From the NCBI GenBank assembly GCA_965198225.1, contig CBDAOY010000007.1, positions 990,045 through 1,054,044 of the forward strand: a stretch of DNA of 64,000 nucleotides, read 5' to 3'. The notes under the pieces were generated by a model that searched no databases, had not been told where the DNA came from, and saw only the letters and a program-made list of their open reading frames with translations. This document shows, in pieces, positions 1 to 9,748 of the stretch. The position numbers were made by a program, and so were the translations under genes. This DNA is from Terriglobia bacterium (GTDB lineage Bacteria; Acidobacteriota; Terriglobia; 20CM-2-55-15). Position 1 is the stretch's first letter, and every line of letters starts with the position of its first letter.

Positions 1-1669
1 CCCAGTAGTGATCCTCGACGACGACCAACCGGCCCCCTGTTTCCGCGGCTGCACGGATCAGGCCCTCGGCATCGATGGGCTTGACCGAGTATGCGTCGAT
101 GACCCGGATGGAGCAGCCTCGCTCCTTCAGGATGTCGTGTGCCTTCAAGCCTTCGTGGAGCGTGATCCCGGCGCCGACCACCGTGATGTTGTCATCATCG
201 GACTGTCTAAGAGTCTTCGAGCCGCCGATGTCAAAGACCTCGTCGGAGTCATAGATGACCGGTGCTTTCGGGCGGGTCGTGCGCAGATAGGAAATACCAT
301 CTTGATCCGCCAGTCTTGAGACCAGGCGTTCAGTCGAAACCGCGTCGCTCGGATACAGCACCACCGAGTCGGGAATGGCGCGAAACATCGCTATGTCTTC
401 CAAGCCCATCTGGGACGGTCCGTCCTGTCCTATCGAGACGCCGCAGTGGGAACCGACGAAGCGGATGTTCGCCCGGGAAATACGGGCCATCCGGATCTGG
501 TCGAAACTTCTGGTCAGAAAAGCTGCGAACGTCGAAACAAACGGGATCTTGCCGCAGGCGGACATGCCTGCAGCCACACCGACCATGTTCTGTTCCGCGA
601 TGAACATCTCGAAGAACTGATCGGCGTGATCGGCGAGGAGTTTCTGGGAGAATGTCGAGTTCTTCGTGTCGCCGTCGAGCGCAACGACACGCGGATCCTT
701 GTCGGCCAGCTTGACCAGGGCGTCACCGTAGGCCTCCCGCGTCGCGGCCTGATCTCCGCGGTTGCGGGTGACGTCGATGCGGTGTTCGACGTGGGCGGCT
801 TCGATCGGAATGCTCGGTCGCGGAGACGGTTTGTAGCCGTCTGAGCCGAGCGGGGTCGACAACTCCCGGAGTGCCGAGCTGAGTTCGGTCTTCGGTACGG
901 GCTTGCCGTGCCAGCCGTCCTTGTCTTCAAGAAGCGATACGCCTTTGCCCTTGAATGTGCGGGCGACGATCGCGCGGGGCCGATCGCCTCCCTCGGCCCG
1001 ACACTTCTCGAACGCGCCGGTGATCGCCTCGTAGTCGTGCCCGTCGATCGCGAGGGCGTACCATCCGAAAGCCCGGAATCGCTCTGCGTAACGGTCGACG
1101 TCGAAGCCGTACATCGTTCGCTGGCTCTGGCCCATGCCGTTGACATCGACGATGGCATAGAGGTTCTTCGTCTCGTAGAAACTCGCCAGCGCGGCCGCTT
1201 CCCACACCGAGCCCTCGGCGCACTCACCGTCTCCCAGCAGCACGTAAGTATCGTAGGGCGCGTCGTCCATGCGCGCGGCCAGCGCGAGGCCCAGCCCGGC
1301 CGACAGCCCCTGGCCCAGAGATCCCGTTGCCACGTCGACCCACGGGATTCGCGGGGTCGGGTGGCCCTCGAGGTCGCTGTCAAACTTGCGAAGGCTCAGC
1401 GTCGCGTTCTCATCCACAATTCCGGCTTCGGCGTACGCCGCGTACAAGAGCGGTGCCGCGTGGCCTTTCGACAACACGAACCGGTCGTTCGAAGGGTTGT
1501 TCGGCTCCTGCGGGTCGTAATGCATCTGCCGGAAGAATATGACCGAGGCCAGGTCTGCGGCCGACAGGCATGATGAAGGGTGTCCAGAGCCGGCCTCGGT
1601 CGTGGCCTTGATGGAGAGGACGCGCATTCGGCGCGCCTTTTCTTTGAGGACTTCGATGGGCGTGTCCAT
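1..1669 (-). CDS. tkt: Transketolase, N-terminal ~556 codons (3' end lies beyond the window start)
   Basis: Own minus-strand translation from ATG 1669..1667: MDTPIEVLKEKARRMRVLSIKATTEAGSGHPSSCLSAADL..RFVLSKGHAAPLLYAAYAEAG..LLGDGECAEGSVWEAA..FIAEQNMVGVAAGMS. These are classic TPP-dependent transketolase motifs. It is not in the ORF track because there is no stop inside the window. Track ORFs 8..1573 are off-frame shadows of it. Confidence 0.85.
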   Translation of the reverse strand, partial: MDTPIEVLKEKARRMRVLSIKATTEAGSGHPSSCLSAADLASVIFFRQMHYDPQEPNNPSNDRFVLSKGHAAPLLYAAYAEAGIVDENATLSLRKFDSDLEGHPTPRIPWVDVATGSLGQGLSAGLGLALAARMDDAPYDTYVLLGDGECAEGSVWEAAALASFYETKNLYAIVDVNGMGQSQRTMYGFDVDRYAERFRAFGWYALAIDGHDYEAITGAFEKCRAEGGDRPRAIVARTFKGKGVSLLEDKDGWHGKPVPKTELSSALRELSTPLGSDGYKPSPRPSIPIEAAHVEHRIDVTRNRGDQAATREAYGDALVKLADKDPRVVALDGDTKNSTFSQKLLADHADQFFEMFIAEQNMVGVAAGMSACGKIPFVSTFAAFLTRSFDQIRMARISRANIRFVGSHCGVSIGQDGPSQMGLEDIAMFRAIPDSVVLYPSDAVSTERLVSRLADQDGISYLRTTRPKAPVIYDSDEVFDIGGSKTLRQSDDDNITVVGAGITLHEGLKAHDILKERGCSIRVIDAYSVKPIDAEGLIRAAAETGGRLVVVEDHYW

Positions 1670-1925
1670 GATTTCGAACGCTGTTCCTTTTCGAACGGTT
1701 GACGACATGCTAAAGCAGCCCGAGGCCAGGCATCTCCGAGGGAACGCCGGACCGAAATTTGCCTGAGATGAAGTTGTGAATTATACGACACCTCTCGGGC
1801 CAGAAGCGGGGCCTAGAGGCAACGAAAACGGTTGGATGTTCGGCTTAGCCGTATCGCTGGTCCAATGTGATCCAGGTCTCTCCTGGCGGGCAGCCGATTC
1901 TTCTATAAAGACTGTAAAAAATGTA

Positions 1926-1954
1926 TTGACAACAAGATCACGAAAACAGATAAT
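1926..1954 (+). promoter_or_regulatory. Near-consensus sigma-70 promoter (TTGACA-N17-GATAAT)
   Basis: TTGACA at 1926..1931, exactly 17 nt of spacer, GATAAT at 1949..1954. An A/T-rich tract (ctgtaaaaaatgta) lies upstream, in an otherwise GC-rich context. Confidence 0.5.
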
Positions 1955-1960
1955 TCGCGT

Positions 1961-2021
1961 AATCTCATTAATTTGAGCGTTCCCCACACTCCGGGCCCTG
2001 CGCGATGCAGGGCCTTTTTTT
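1961..2021 (+). ncRNA. Candidate ~60-nt small RNA defined by an orphan promoter and an intrinsic terminator
   Basis: The predicted transcription start, about 7 nt after the -10 box, runs directly into the terminator hairpin at 1994..2021. No credible ORF lies between them. I do not recognise the sequence as a known RNA family. Confidence 0.3.
1994..2021 (+). terminator. Rho-independent terminator
   Basis: GGCCCTGC (1994..2001), loop GCGAT, GCAGGGCC (2007..2014), followed by T7 (2015..2021). On the opposite strand no T-tract follows the stem, so it is plus-oriented. Confidence 0.65.
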
Positions 2022-2511
2022 CTGCAGAGACACCGATGATTCTTCACTCTCGGGGCAAACGGGGCGTGCAACCGGGCGTTACCATCTTGCGTGTGCTGTC
2101 GTCGGCGAACTGAGAAACTCGAACCAGCAGCGCCACCGAAACCTGCACGCAGTGGCCGCACTCCGGTTGGGGCTCAAGGTTCGACCAAACCTCGAGGTGA
2201 GCCGTCGCTCGAATCGACAGACGCCAGCACCGATCCGGACGCCGAGGATCGCGGCGTAAAGCACTCCAAGTGATGCCGGCCGTCCTGAGGGACCTACTCG
2301 GTACAGCGACCTTGTCACGAAAGACTTCCCGTTCTTTCTCCATTTCATGTTCCGTTGAGTCGAGTGATGAGCTGGTCTTTTCCCGTCGGTCATAGCATCC
2401 ACGGTATTGCAGCAGTCCAATCCGGTGGGCACGACGAGACCTCCCACCAACAGAATCCCGTCCGATTTTCGACCTGCTTCTCTAGAGCGGAAGTGTCCGC
2501 CAACCGTAATC

Positions 2512-3000
2512 CTAGGCGGTCTTGCCTACATCAAGCCATCTGCGAATCGCTCTGGAGGCGTCGCGCCGGATGATCTCTTCCAAGTACGGCACGAGGCAAG
2601 CATACGGACGCCTCAGCCAGGGCGTGCCCTTCGGATCATCCCCCGCGAAGCCAAAGTCGATCCAATCCTCGCATCCCGCGAAATGTCCGCCCCGGCAGAG
2701 CCGACATATTCGCCAGCGTAGCTTGCTTTTCGCGCCCTGTCCGAGGACTAGGAAAGTCTTTCGTTCGGCCTGCAGCTCCCGAATCTGCCTGAGTTCGTAG
2801 CGAAGAGATTCGGACATCATGTCAATCGTGACAATGACGTGGGACGACAGGCGAACGCACTCGCGGACCAGCTCGCGCCATTTGTCGTCCGGTGCGATTA
2901 GCTTCGGAATTGGCATGGGTCTGGCGGCCAAGTTCAAGGTTGACGAGCCCAAGCCGATAACGGAACACCCTTGACCTCCGGCCACGTAGTTGGGGCGCAC
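2512..3000 (-). CDS. Hypothetical protein (162 aa), family not recognised
   Basis: This is the only ORF of plausible composition in the 1.5-kb gap between tkt and tRNA-Ser. No motif was recognised. Confidence 0.25.
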   Translation of the reverse strand: MRPNYVAGGQGCSVIGLGSSTLNLAARPMPIPKLIAPDDKWRELVRECVRLSSHVIVTIDMMSESLRYELRQIRELQAERKTFLVLGQGAKSKLRWRICRLCRGGHFAGCEDWIDFGFAGDDPKGTPWLRRPYACLVPYLEEIIRRDASRAIRRWLDVGKTA

Positions 3001-3161
3001 CCAACGTCTTGGGCTGGTTCCGTTGCTTGGCAGCGGTGCGAAGATCGAGAACCGGCTGGAGAATCGGGGTAGACCCGTCCAAACTGTGGGGTGAAATGCG
3101 GAGCACAGGACCGACCGTCAATGAATCAACTCTGTTATCAGCAGCTTACAGCTACGGGAAG

Positions 3162-3248
3162 CGGAGAGGGTGGGATTCGAACCCACGGTGGAGTCACCCC
3201 CACACCGGTTTTCGAGACCGGCCTGTTCAACCGCTCCAGCACCTCTCC
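3162..3248 (-). tRNA. tRNA-Ser (anticodon CGA)
   Basis: The reverse complement folds as a cloverleaf: acceptor GGAGAGG/CCTCTCC with discriminator G, anticodon stem CCGGT/ACCGG with loop CUCGAAA (anticodon CGA), a long variable arm (GTGG..CCAC) typical of class II tRNAs, and T arm GTGGG-TTCGAAT-CCCAC. No CCA is encoded. Confidence 0.92.
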
Positions 3249-3402
3249 GTAGTTGATTTTACACCACTTAGCAAGGCCCACCACTTTTCATCGTCAGTCG
3301 ACAGTCCGCCTCCGTGGCAGCGCGGCAAGACAAACGAGGCCCCCCTCGAACATGAAGAAGGACTTGGGGGCCTGGCCTATCGCTGCCCGGGAATCGTGGA
3401 TT

Positions 3403-6400
3403 TCAGTCTTCGCCGCCTTTCCCGGACTTCTTGGACTTATCTGACTTTTCGGATTTGTCCGATTTGCCGGACTTGCCCGACTCCTCAGACTTGTTCGATT
3501 TTCCGGACTTGTCGGACTTACCCGATTTGTCGTCATCGTCGCCTTCGATGTCAGCCTGGATGCGGATCTCTCCCGAGTCGTTGCCGATCGTTAGGTTGAC
3601 CTCGACTGGATTCGAGATACTGTCCAGATTCACGGCCTCCGCCTCGACTCGAAAGTCGAAGGCGTCCGGACCCAGCTCGCGAATCCTCAGCTCCAGCTCG
3701 ATCCCGGCGACCTCGCCTTCAAACTCAAAGATGTCCGCACCACCCTTACGGCGGAACTCCAGCGAACCTGCCGGCAGCGTCAGTTCGAAGACGCCGATGT
3801 TCAGGACAACATCTTCCTGTGACGGGTCGATACCGTCGGAAGCGACGCCCAGCGTGAAAGCTTCCCGGAGGTCGAACTCGCCGTCCGCGCCCGTTTCAAT
3901 CTCAGCGACGGCGGCGAAATCGGCAAATATCTCTGGCTGCGTGTCGCGGATGGTGATCTCCACAGTGTCGTCGACGCAGTCGGAGCGAGAGTTGCAGGCC
4001 CGGAAGGCCGCCGAAACAATGGTATCCGCTCCCACCGACGGTGCGAGGAACGTTGCGCTGGCTCCCGACGTCTCGAAGACGCCGTCGCTGTCTGTGTCCC
4101 ATTCAAGAGTCAGGAACGACACATCGCCCCCTTCCGCGTGGGTAACAGTCCCGTTGAGCGCAATCGACTCTCCTTCGTCGACCTCGTACGGCCCCCCGGC
4201 ATCCGCCGTGATACCGGCGAGATCCTCGTCGCCGAACGTGTCCCCGGGAGCTACTGCTGCTATTTCGTTGCCGTCGGAGTCAACCACCCGAAGTGCAACG
4301 TTGCCCAGATTCTCGACCAGGAACTGTCCCAGCGGGGACTCGGTGACCTTGCCGATCCCGCCCGTCGGGATCGACACGAAGGTGTCAGCGCCGAAGCCGA
4401 CCTCGACTGGCCCACGGAGGACCTCTAAGGTCAGGGACCCGCACAGGAACTTCACGGCATCGTTCTGGTCCAGGTCCACTCCCTGGCCGCACGCCACGAT
4501 GTGCGCCTTTTCGGTCCCGCCCCTGGCGTTGGCGAACAACCCGTTTCCGAACGCGTCCCAAACCGTCACGTGCTGGTCCGCCCGGATCATTATGAAACCG
4601 GAACTAATCCCGTCGCTGAAATCGTCAGAAAAGGTCTGATCGGTGTCCACCTGGTCGATGATCCCGTCGCCGTCCCGGTCTTGCGGACCGATGGCCGTGA
4701 CGCGGCCCCCCACCCCAACGATGGCGCCGACCACCTTGTTCGAAACCGTCCCGTTTTCGTCCACCACCTCGATGACCTGAACGACGGACTCACTGGCCAC
4801 GTAGACCTTCGTCCCGTCCGGACTCACTGTGACGTCACTACCGAACGCCCCCGGCACTGCCGGGACGACGACGTCCTTGACGTTCGTGTCGATAACCGCG
4901 ACTCCAAACGGTCCCATCGCAACGTAGACGAGATGGCCATGGCCGTCTACGGGCTGCGGTGTCACGGCCAGATCGGACGGTACACCTCCAACGCTGATGT
5001 CCTTGACCTTCATGCCGTACTCACTGGTGTTCCTGTCAGCGCCGATGACGGAGACGGTCTTCGCGTTGGCAAAGGTATTCCCCACATAGGCCCACTGACC
5101 GTCGGGCGTCACGAGTACAGGACTGGGCTGGGTACCGACAACGATGTCGAGGGCCTCGGAGGTCTCGGTGTCGATCCGCGTGACCTTTTTCTGTTCGCGC
5201 CGGGTGGCGTAGACCTGAGTGCCGTCCGGGTGCACCGCCACACCGTCGAAGTTTTCCGCTGCTTTACCGGAATGTAAGACGGTCAGACCATGGGTCTCAG
5301 TGTCCATCACGTAGATGTCCGACCTGTTGCCACCCTGGTTGTCATTTTTGTCCTCGTGGACCACGACGAAGAGCTTCGTTCCGTCGGGGCTCACGACCAG
5401 TGCTTCGGGACCTGGTCCAACGACGTCCTCAACGGGGATAGGGACCTTGTGCACCTGTTTGGTGGCCGTGTCGAAGACCACAACGTTTTGGAGGTTGTTA
5501 AGGGAGTCCCGCTCGAGCCCATAGACTTCTGCCCCGTCTGGACGGACTGCGACGGCACCTGGCGCGCGATCAGTCAGGCCCGGCACAAGAGCTCCCGGCA
5601 CCGTTTCGGTGAGCAGGCAGTCATTGGCGGTGTCGATGATGCGGCCGTCGCCGGTATAGGCAAGCGGCCCGCCACCGCCGGTGCACGAAAGGGTGATCTT
5701 CGCGACGAACGCGTCGTTTCCGATTCCAGCGTTTGGCTGCAGCGTATTCCCCTCCTGCGGGAAGTTGGCGGATCCCGTTGTGCCGGCGACATAGACCTCA
5801 CCGAACGGGTTGACCGCGATACCGGAGCCCCTGTCGGCTCCGCTTCCTCCAAGGTAGGTGGAATACACGAGGTCTGTCCCGGAAAGGTTGAACTTGCTGA
5901 TGAAGGCATCGCAGAGCGTGCCATCGTGCAAGTGGGCTACGGGGTCCTCGGGTAGAGGGTCGACGAGTGGGAAACCGGTCATCGGGGCAGTCGTCGAGCA
6001 GCCCTGCCCGGTCACGTAAACGCCCGAGGGGTCTGCCGCGACAGCGTATCCGTAGTCGTCTCCCACGCCGCCCAGGAACGTGGAATACGTGAGATCCGCA
6101 CAGTTGTTGTACTGGACCTGTCCGATCGGGCAGCTCACGAAGGAGGAGTTGCCCGCGGACAGTGCCGCCACAAACACATCGTAAGTCCCACCGCCATGTG
6201 TCTCCTGGTAGGTGCCCGGAAAGCCGAAATTGCTGGAGGAGACAGGGAAGTCCATCGAAATGGTCTCTCCTGTGACCACGATTCCCCACGGACTGAAGGA
6301 TATGCCTCGCGCCAGGTCCCAGCTGGAGCCGCCCAGGTAGGTGGCATACTCCAGACGAGCTATCCCCTGGTTGTTTGTGCCCAGTTCGGCCAGAAAGGCG

Positions 6401-8004
6401 TCGCATCCGCCGCCGTACTGGGTTGAGAAAGGAGTCGCCGAAGGAGGGGTGGGAAAGTCGTCTGAGCAGGTCTGTCCCGTCACGAAGGGGCCGGTCGACT
6501 CGGAGCCGACGATGATTCCCAGACCATCCTCGCTGGACTGGCCCCCAAGGTAGACACCGTAGTCGAAGTCGTGACAGTCGCTGTATTGGATTCCGTTGAT
6601 GTTGCAGGAACTCTCGTTGAAGGGAGTGCTGATATCGAGCTTGACCACGAAGGCGTCCCGGGCAAGCAGCGGATTGTTCACGTCGATGGAGAGCGTGGTC
6701 AGTGCGGATTGGGCGTTGTCGGCAGGGAAGTCCGCCGAGTGGGTTGTGCCGGTAACAAAGACGGAGTTCACGGTGTTCGGTAAGAGCGAGGGTGTCACAG
6801 CCACGCCGAGGGCGAGGTCGTCGCGGCTGCCGCCCAGATAGGTGGAGTACTGGAGTTGCCCGCTGAAGGGCGCGAGCGCAAGCACAAAGCCGTCCAGATC
6901 GGTGCCTCCTAACTTGTTGGGGTCCAATCCCCGGTCAAAGGCGTCGGGAGTCGTGGGGAAGTCCGATGACCTGGTGTGACCTACTACGTACACCGTGCCC
7001 GAGGGCGCCGGGACGATTCCCCTCGCGGACTCGTCGCCTGTCCCTCCGAAGTAGACGGAATAGGCCAGGGCGCCGGAGCTGTCTATCTTGACCACGAAGC
7101 CGTCGTCTCCTGCCGCCGGCGGCACCTGGGTTGCCGGACCGGGCAGTGTGGCGCCCGAGGTGGTCGACCCTGCTACATAAACGTTCCCCTCGCCGTCGAT
7201 GGCGATGCCACGGGCTGAATCCTCGCCCATCCCGCCAAGGTAGCTGGAGTAGCCTAGCTCCAGCACCGGATCGATGACCAGAGTTTTGCTGTCATCGTAT
7301 GCGGCCAGTTGAAAACCGACGACCTGGGATTCTGGATTCAAGAGGTATCCGCCGGGGACCGTTTGCCGCCGACCGTCGATTTCCTGGTAGATGACGGGTT
7401 TTCGAAGTCGAACCTCACCGGTGGAGGTGTCGAGGACGAGGTCCCCGTTCGTGTCGATTTCGACTCTATCCGGACCCTCCAAGGAAACCTTGATGGAGTC
7501 GGGATCAGCCCCGGGCGCAACTATGAAGTCGTGCTCCCAGCGCCGTTGGTTGCCATAGTGAACGAGGTCGATCCCTGGATAGACATTCTGGTATCGGACC
7601 CTTGCGTAGGTTGGGAGGTTGGTGCGCCACTTCTCGGGGTCGCTTCCGATGAAGTAACTGCTCTTGCCTGGCAGCTCCTGGAGGCCGATGATAGCCGATC
7701 CGGAGTCGGCGCCGACGAGCCGCATCCGCACCGCACTTGCCGGGGTTTTGCCGGCGTCGCGCTCACGGAGCAGAAGAACCGCTTCTTCGGAAGTCAGGAA
7801 GAGCGTATAGCCGCTGCCTCGGGAAATGAACCGGACCTCTTCGTCCGCCTGGCCCTGGTTGGGCTCGAAGGCCATCGGTAATTGCACGAAGGTCGCCGGC
7901 AGGCTCTGGTCGACCTTTCCTTCACCCTGGCTGTTGGCCCCCCCGGGGGAAACCACGATTCCGAACAAAAGGCAGACCAAGAAGGCTTTCATCGCCGATC
8001 GCAT
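3403..8004 (-). CDS. Giant secreted beta-propeller repeat protein (SBBP-type and YVTN-type repeats) with a K/S/D-rich C-terminal tail
   Basis: 1533-aa ORF with signal peptide MRSAMKAFLVCLLFGIVVSPGGANSQ. It has many 'YSTYLGGSxxDxxxGIAVxxxGxVYVxGxTxSxDFP' repeats (SBBP beta-propeller signature) and 'VSPDGTKVYVA'-type repeats. The tail is DDDDKSGKSDKSGKSNKSEESGKSGKSDKSEKSDKSKKSGKGGED. Confidence 0.85.
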   Translation of the reverse strand: MRSAMKAFLVCLLFGIVVSPGGANSQGEGKVDQSLPATFVQLPMAFEPNQGQADEEVRFISRGSGYTLFLTSEEAVLLLRERDAGKTPASAVRMRLVGADSGSAIIGLQELPGKSSYFIGSDPEKWRTNLPTYARVRYQNVYPGIDLVHYGNQRRWEHDFIVAPGADPDSIKVSLEGPDRVEIDTNGDLVLDTSTGEVRLRKPVIYQEIDGRRQTVPGGYLLNPESQVVGFQLAAYDDSKTLVIDPVLELGYSSYLGGMGEDSARGIAIDGEGNVYVAGSTTSGATLPGPATQVPPAAGDDGFVVKIDSSGALAYSVYFGGTGDESARGIVPAPSGTVYVVGHTRSSDFPTTPDAFDRGLDPNKLGGTDLDGFVLALAPFSGQLQYSTYLGGSRDDLALGVAVTPSLLPNTVNSVFVTGTTHSADFPADNAQSALTTLSIDVNNPLLARDAFVVKLDISTPFNESSCNINGIQYSDCHDFDYGVYLGGQSSEDGLGIIVGSESTGPFVTGQTCSDDFPTPPSATPFSTQYGGGCDAFLAELGTNNQGIARLEYATYLGGSSWDLARGISFSPWGIVVTGETISMDFPVSSSNFGFPGTYQETHGGGTYDVFVAALSAGNSSFVSCPIGQVQYNNCADLTYSTFLGGVGDDYGYAVAADPSGVYVTGQGCSTTAPMTGFPLVDPLPEDPVAHLHDGTLCDAFISKFNLSGTDLVYSTYLGGSGADRGSGIAVNPFGEVYVAGTTGSANFPQEGNTLQPNAGIGNDAFVAKITLSCTGGGGPLAYTGDGRIIDTANDCLLTETVPGALVPGLTDRAPGAVAVRPDGAEVYGLERDSLNNLQNVVVFDTATKQVHKVPIPVEDVVGPGPEALVVSPDGTKLFVVVHEDKNDNQGGNRSDIYVMDTETHGLTVLHSGKAAENFDGVAVHPDGTQVYATRREQKKVTRIDTETSEALDIVVGTQPSPVLVTPDGQWAYVGNTFANAKTVSVIGADRNTSEYGMKVKDISVGGVPSDLAVTPQPVDGHGHLVYVAMGPFGVAVIDTNVKDVVVPAVPGAFGSDVTVSPDGTKVYVASESVVQVIEVVDENGTVSNKVVGAIVGVGGRVTAIGPQDRDGDGIIDQVDTDQTFSDDFSDGISSGFIMIRADQHVTVWDAFGNGLFANARGGTEKAHIVACGQGVDLDQNDAVKFLCGSLTLEVLRGPVEVGFGADTFVSIPTGGIGKVTESPLGQFLVENLGNVALRVVDSDGNEIAAVAPGDTFGDEDLAGITADAGGPYEVDEGESIALNGTVTHAEGGDVSFLTLEWDTDSDGVFETSGASATFLAPSVGADTIVSAAFRACNSRSDCVDDTVEITIRDTQPEIFADFAAVAEIETGADGEFDLREAFTLGVASDGIDPSQEDVVLNIGVFELTLPAGSLEFRRKGGADIFEFEGEVAGIELELRIRELGPDAFDFRVEAEAVNLDSISNPVEVNLTIGNDSGEIRIQADIEGDDDDKSGKSDKSGKSNKSEESGKSGKSDKSEKSDKSKKSGKGGED

Positions 8005-8081
8005 CTCTTCCCTCCGTTGCCCGGCAGATGTATGAACGCCGGGCTGATTCCATTTCTACGGGAGTGTCGGCGTTGACGGAA

Positions 8082-8102
8082 TCGCATGAACATGCGGTTT
8101 TC
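8082..8102. promoter_or_regulatory. 21-bp motif TCGCATGAACATGCGGTTTTC (core palindrome CGCATG-NN-CATGCG), copy 1
   Basis: Lies about 80 bp upstream of the giant protein start (8004). A near-identical copy sits at 8281..8301. Confidence 0.3.
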
Positions 8103-8280
8103 TCATCTAAGCCGATGGCCGAGACCGCGTATTGAGAACTCGGCAGGGGGACGGTTGCTGGAGCGGCGGTGAATTCTGATGGATGGAAGATGTAAGCCGA
8201 CGTCTCTGATCTATGGACTCAGGCGGCCGAGACCGCCCGTGTATCGCACGGCGCTACGAGCATTTGCAAGCGGGGGAGAC

Positions 8281-8301
8281 TCGCATGAATATGCGGTTTT
8301 C
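8281..8301. promoter_or_regulatory. 21-bp motif TCGCATGAATATGCGGTTTTC, copy 2
   Basis: Matches 8082..8102 at 20 of 21 positions, 199 bp away. GGCCGAGACCGC also occurs next to both copies. Confidence 0.3.
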
Positions 8302-8422
8302 GCTTCGTCCGTAAGAGATCAAATCTGAGAGCCTGGGAAGTGCTGTGATAGCCGCCAGCAAATCAGTAGTCAGTTGCTTTTGGCGCATCCCTAACTGACT
8401 ACCGACTCCTGACTACTAACCA

Positions 8423-9748
8423 TCAATTCTTCCAACTGTCGGCCCACAAAGGCAGGCGCAGCCTGGCCGCACAGCCTTGCCCCTCGCCCCGGTTCTCCAG
8501 TGTCAGGGTACCCTGATGCGCTTCTGCGATCTGTCGGCTCAAAACCAGCCCGATTCCCGAGCCGCCCTTCTTGGTGGTGAAGAAGGGGACGAACAGGTTG
8601 GAGGTGTTCGGCAGGCCCGGGCCTTCGTCTTCAACCCAGATGTGCAGGTGGCCGCCGGAGCGACTCCACCCCGTTCGCACATCACCTCCAGTTTCGAGAG
8701 ACGCGTCGACGGCATTCCGGACCAGGTTGATGAGGAGCTGCTCGATCTGTCCGCCGTCGGCTTCGATCGTGATCGGCGGACCTGGTATCAGGTTGACCGG
8801 CAGGCGCGTCTCCATTCCGACGACTCGACGTACCAGGGTGTCCACATCGACCTCTTCGGGTTTCGGTTGAGGTAGGCGTGCGAGCTTGGAATAGGACTCG
8901 ACGAACTGGATCAGGGAAGCGGATCGGGACGAGATCACCGAGAGACCGTGTTGGACGTCTTCCTCCCAGTCCGCCGGCCGCTGATCGCGCCCGAGCAGGC
9001 TCATGAGACTGCTCGCGATCGAGCTGATCGGTGTCAGGGAGTTGTTCAACTCGTGACCCAGAACGCGCACGATCCTCTGCCAGGTTCGCCTTTCCTCCTC
9101 GCGGAGCGTCCGGCTGAGATCGGACAGAACCAGCAGCTGGTGGGGAAGTCCACCCTGGCGAAAATTTGTCCGGCGGATCTCCCACCGGCCCCCGCCGCCC
9201 GGGAAACCGAACTCGACCAGCCGCGGCGTTTTGCCCTCCAGGCAATGTGCCAGACCCAGTTCGGCGGCGTTCGCGCCGAGCAGGCGTTCCCATGGTCTGT
9301 TCAGGAGGCGTTCGCCGGCACGGTTGACCAGCCGTAGCTTCTGGCCCTCGTCGAAGGAGAGTATCGCGACGTCGATCTCCTCCATGATCTTCTGCAAGAG
9401 CGCGGTTGCCTCGAGCGCGTCCATTCGCTGCCACCGGAGCGTGTCGGCGAGCGCGTTGATTTCTCGCGTCACATCTCCCAGCGCGTCGTCAATTCGGGCA
9501 CTGCTGCCACGGATCGAGTAGTCCCCCTCACGGAGCCCCGCGAGCAGGTTGGAAAGGGTCTGAAGGGGGAAGACCACTTTCTGCCTGGCGCCGAACGCCG
9601 CCCCTAACCAGACCACGAGGATCAACACCGACAGCGTCCACTGGACTTTCGCCGTGTAATCACTGCTCCAGAGGATAATCAGGGAGATGAGCGAGCCGGG
9701 GACCCCGGCGGTGAAGGCGATCCAGAATATGCGCTCTTCGTGTCGCAT
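8423..9748 (-). CDS. Sensor histidine kinase (two TM segments, HAMP, PAS-like, HisKA, HATPase)
   Basis: H-box VLGHELNNSLTPISS. N/G boxes LINLVRNAVDA, VEDEGPGLP, GGSGIGLVLSRQIAEAHQG. N-terminal TM helices. Confidence 0.88.
   Translation of the reverse strand: MRHEERIFWIAFTAGVPGSLISLIILWSSDYTAKVQWTLSVLILVVWLGAAFGARQKVVFPLQTLSNLLAGLREGDYSIRGSSARIDDALGDVTREINALADTLRWQRMDALEATALLQKIMEEIDVAILSFDEGQKLRLVNRAGERLLNRPWERLLGANAAELGLAHCLEGKTPRLVEFGFPGGGGRWEIRRTNFRQGGLPHQLLVLSDLSRTLREEERRTWQRIVRVLGHELNNSLTPISSIASSLMSLLGRDQRPADWEEDVQHGLSVISSRSASLIQFVESYSKLARLPQPKPEEVDVDTLVRRVVGMETRLPVNLIPGPPITIEADGGQIEQLLINLVRNAVDASLETGGDVRTGWSRSGGHLHIWVEDEGPGLPNTSNLFVPFFTTKKGGSGIGLVLSRQIAEAHQGTLTLENRGEGQGCAARLRLPLWADSWKN

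Noticed and set aside
8-1573. Several 70-290-aa track ORFs overlapping the window start
   Set aside because: All are alternative frames or strands of the partial transketolase gene. That gene is missing from the track only because it lacks a stop in the window.
3009-3599. 196-aa plus-strand ORF spanning the tRNA-Ser gene
   Set aside because: It overlaps a well-folded tRNA and the 3' end of the giant gene on the other strand, and its translation has no protein-like features.
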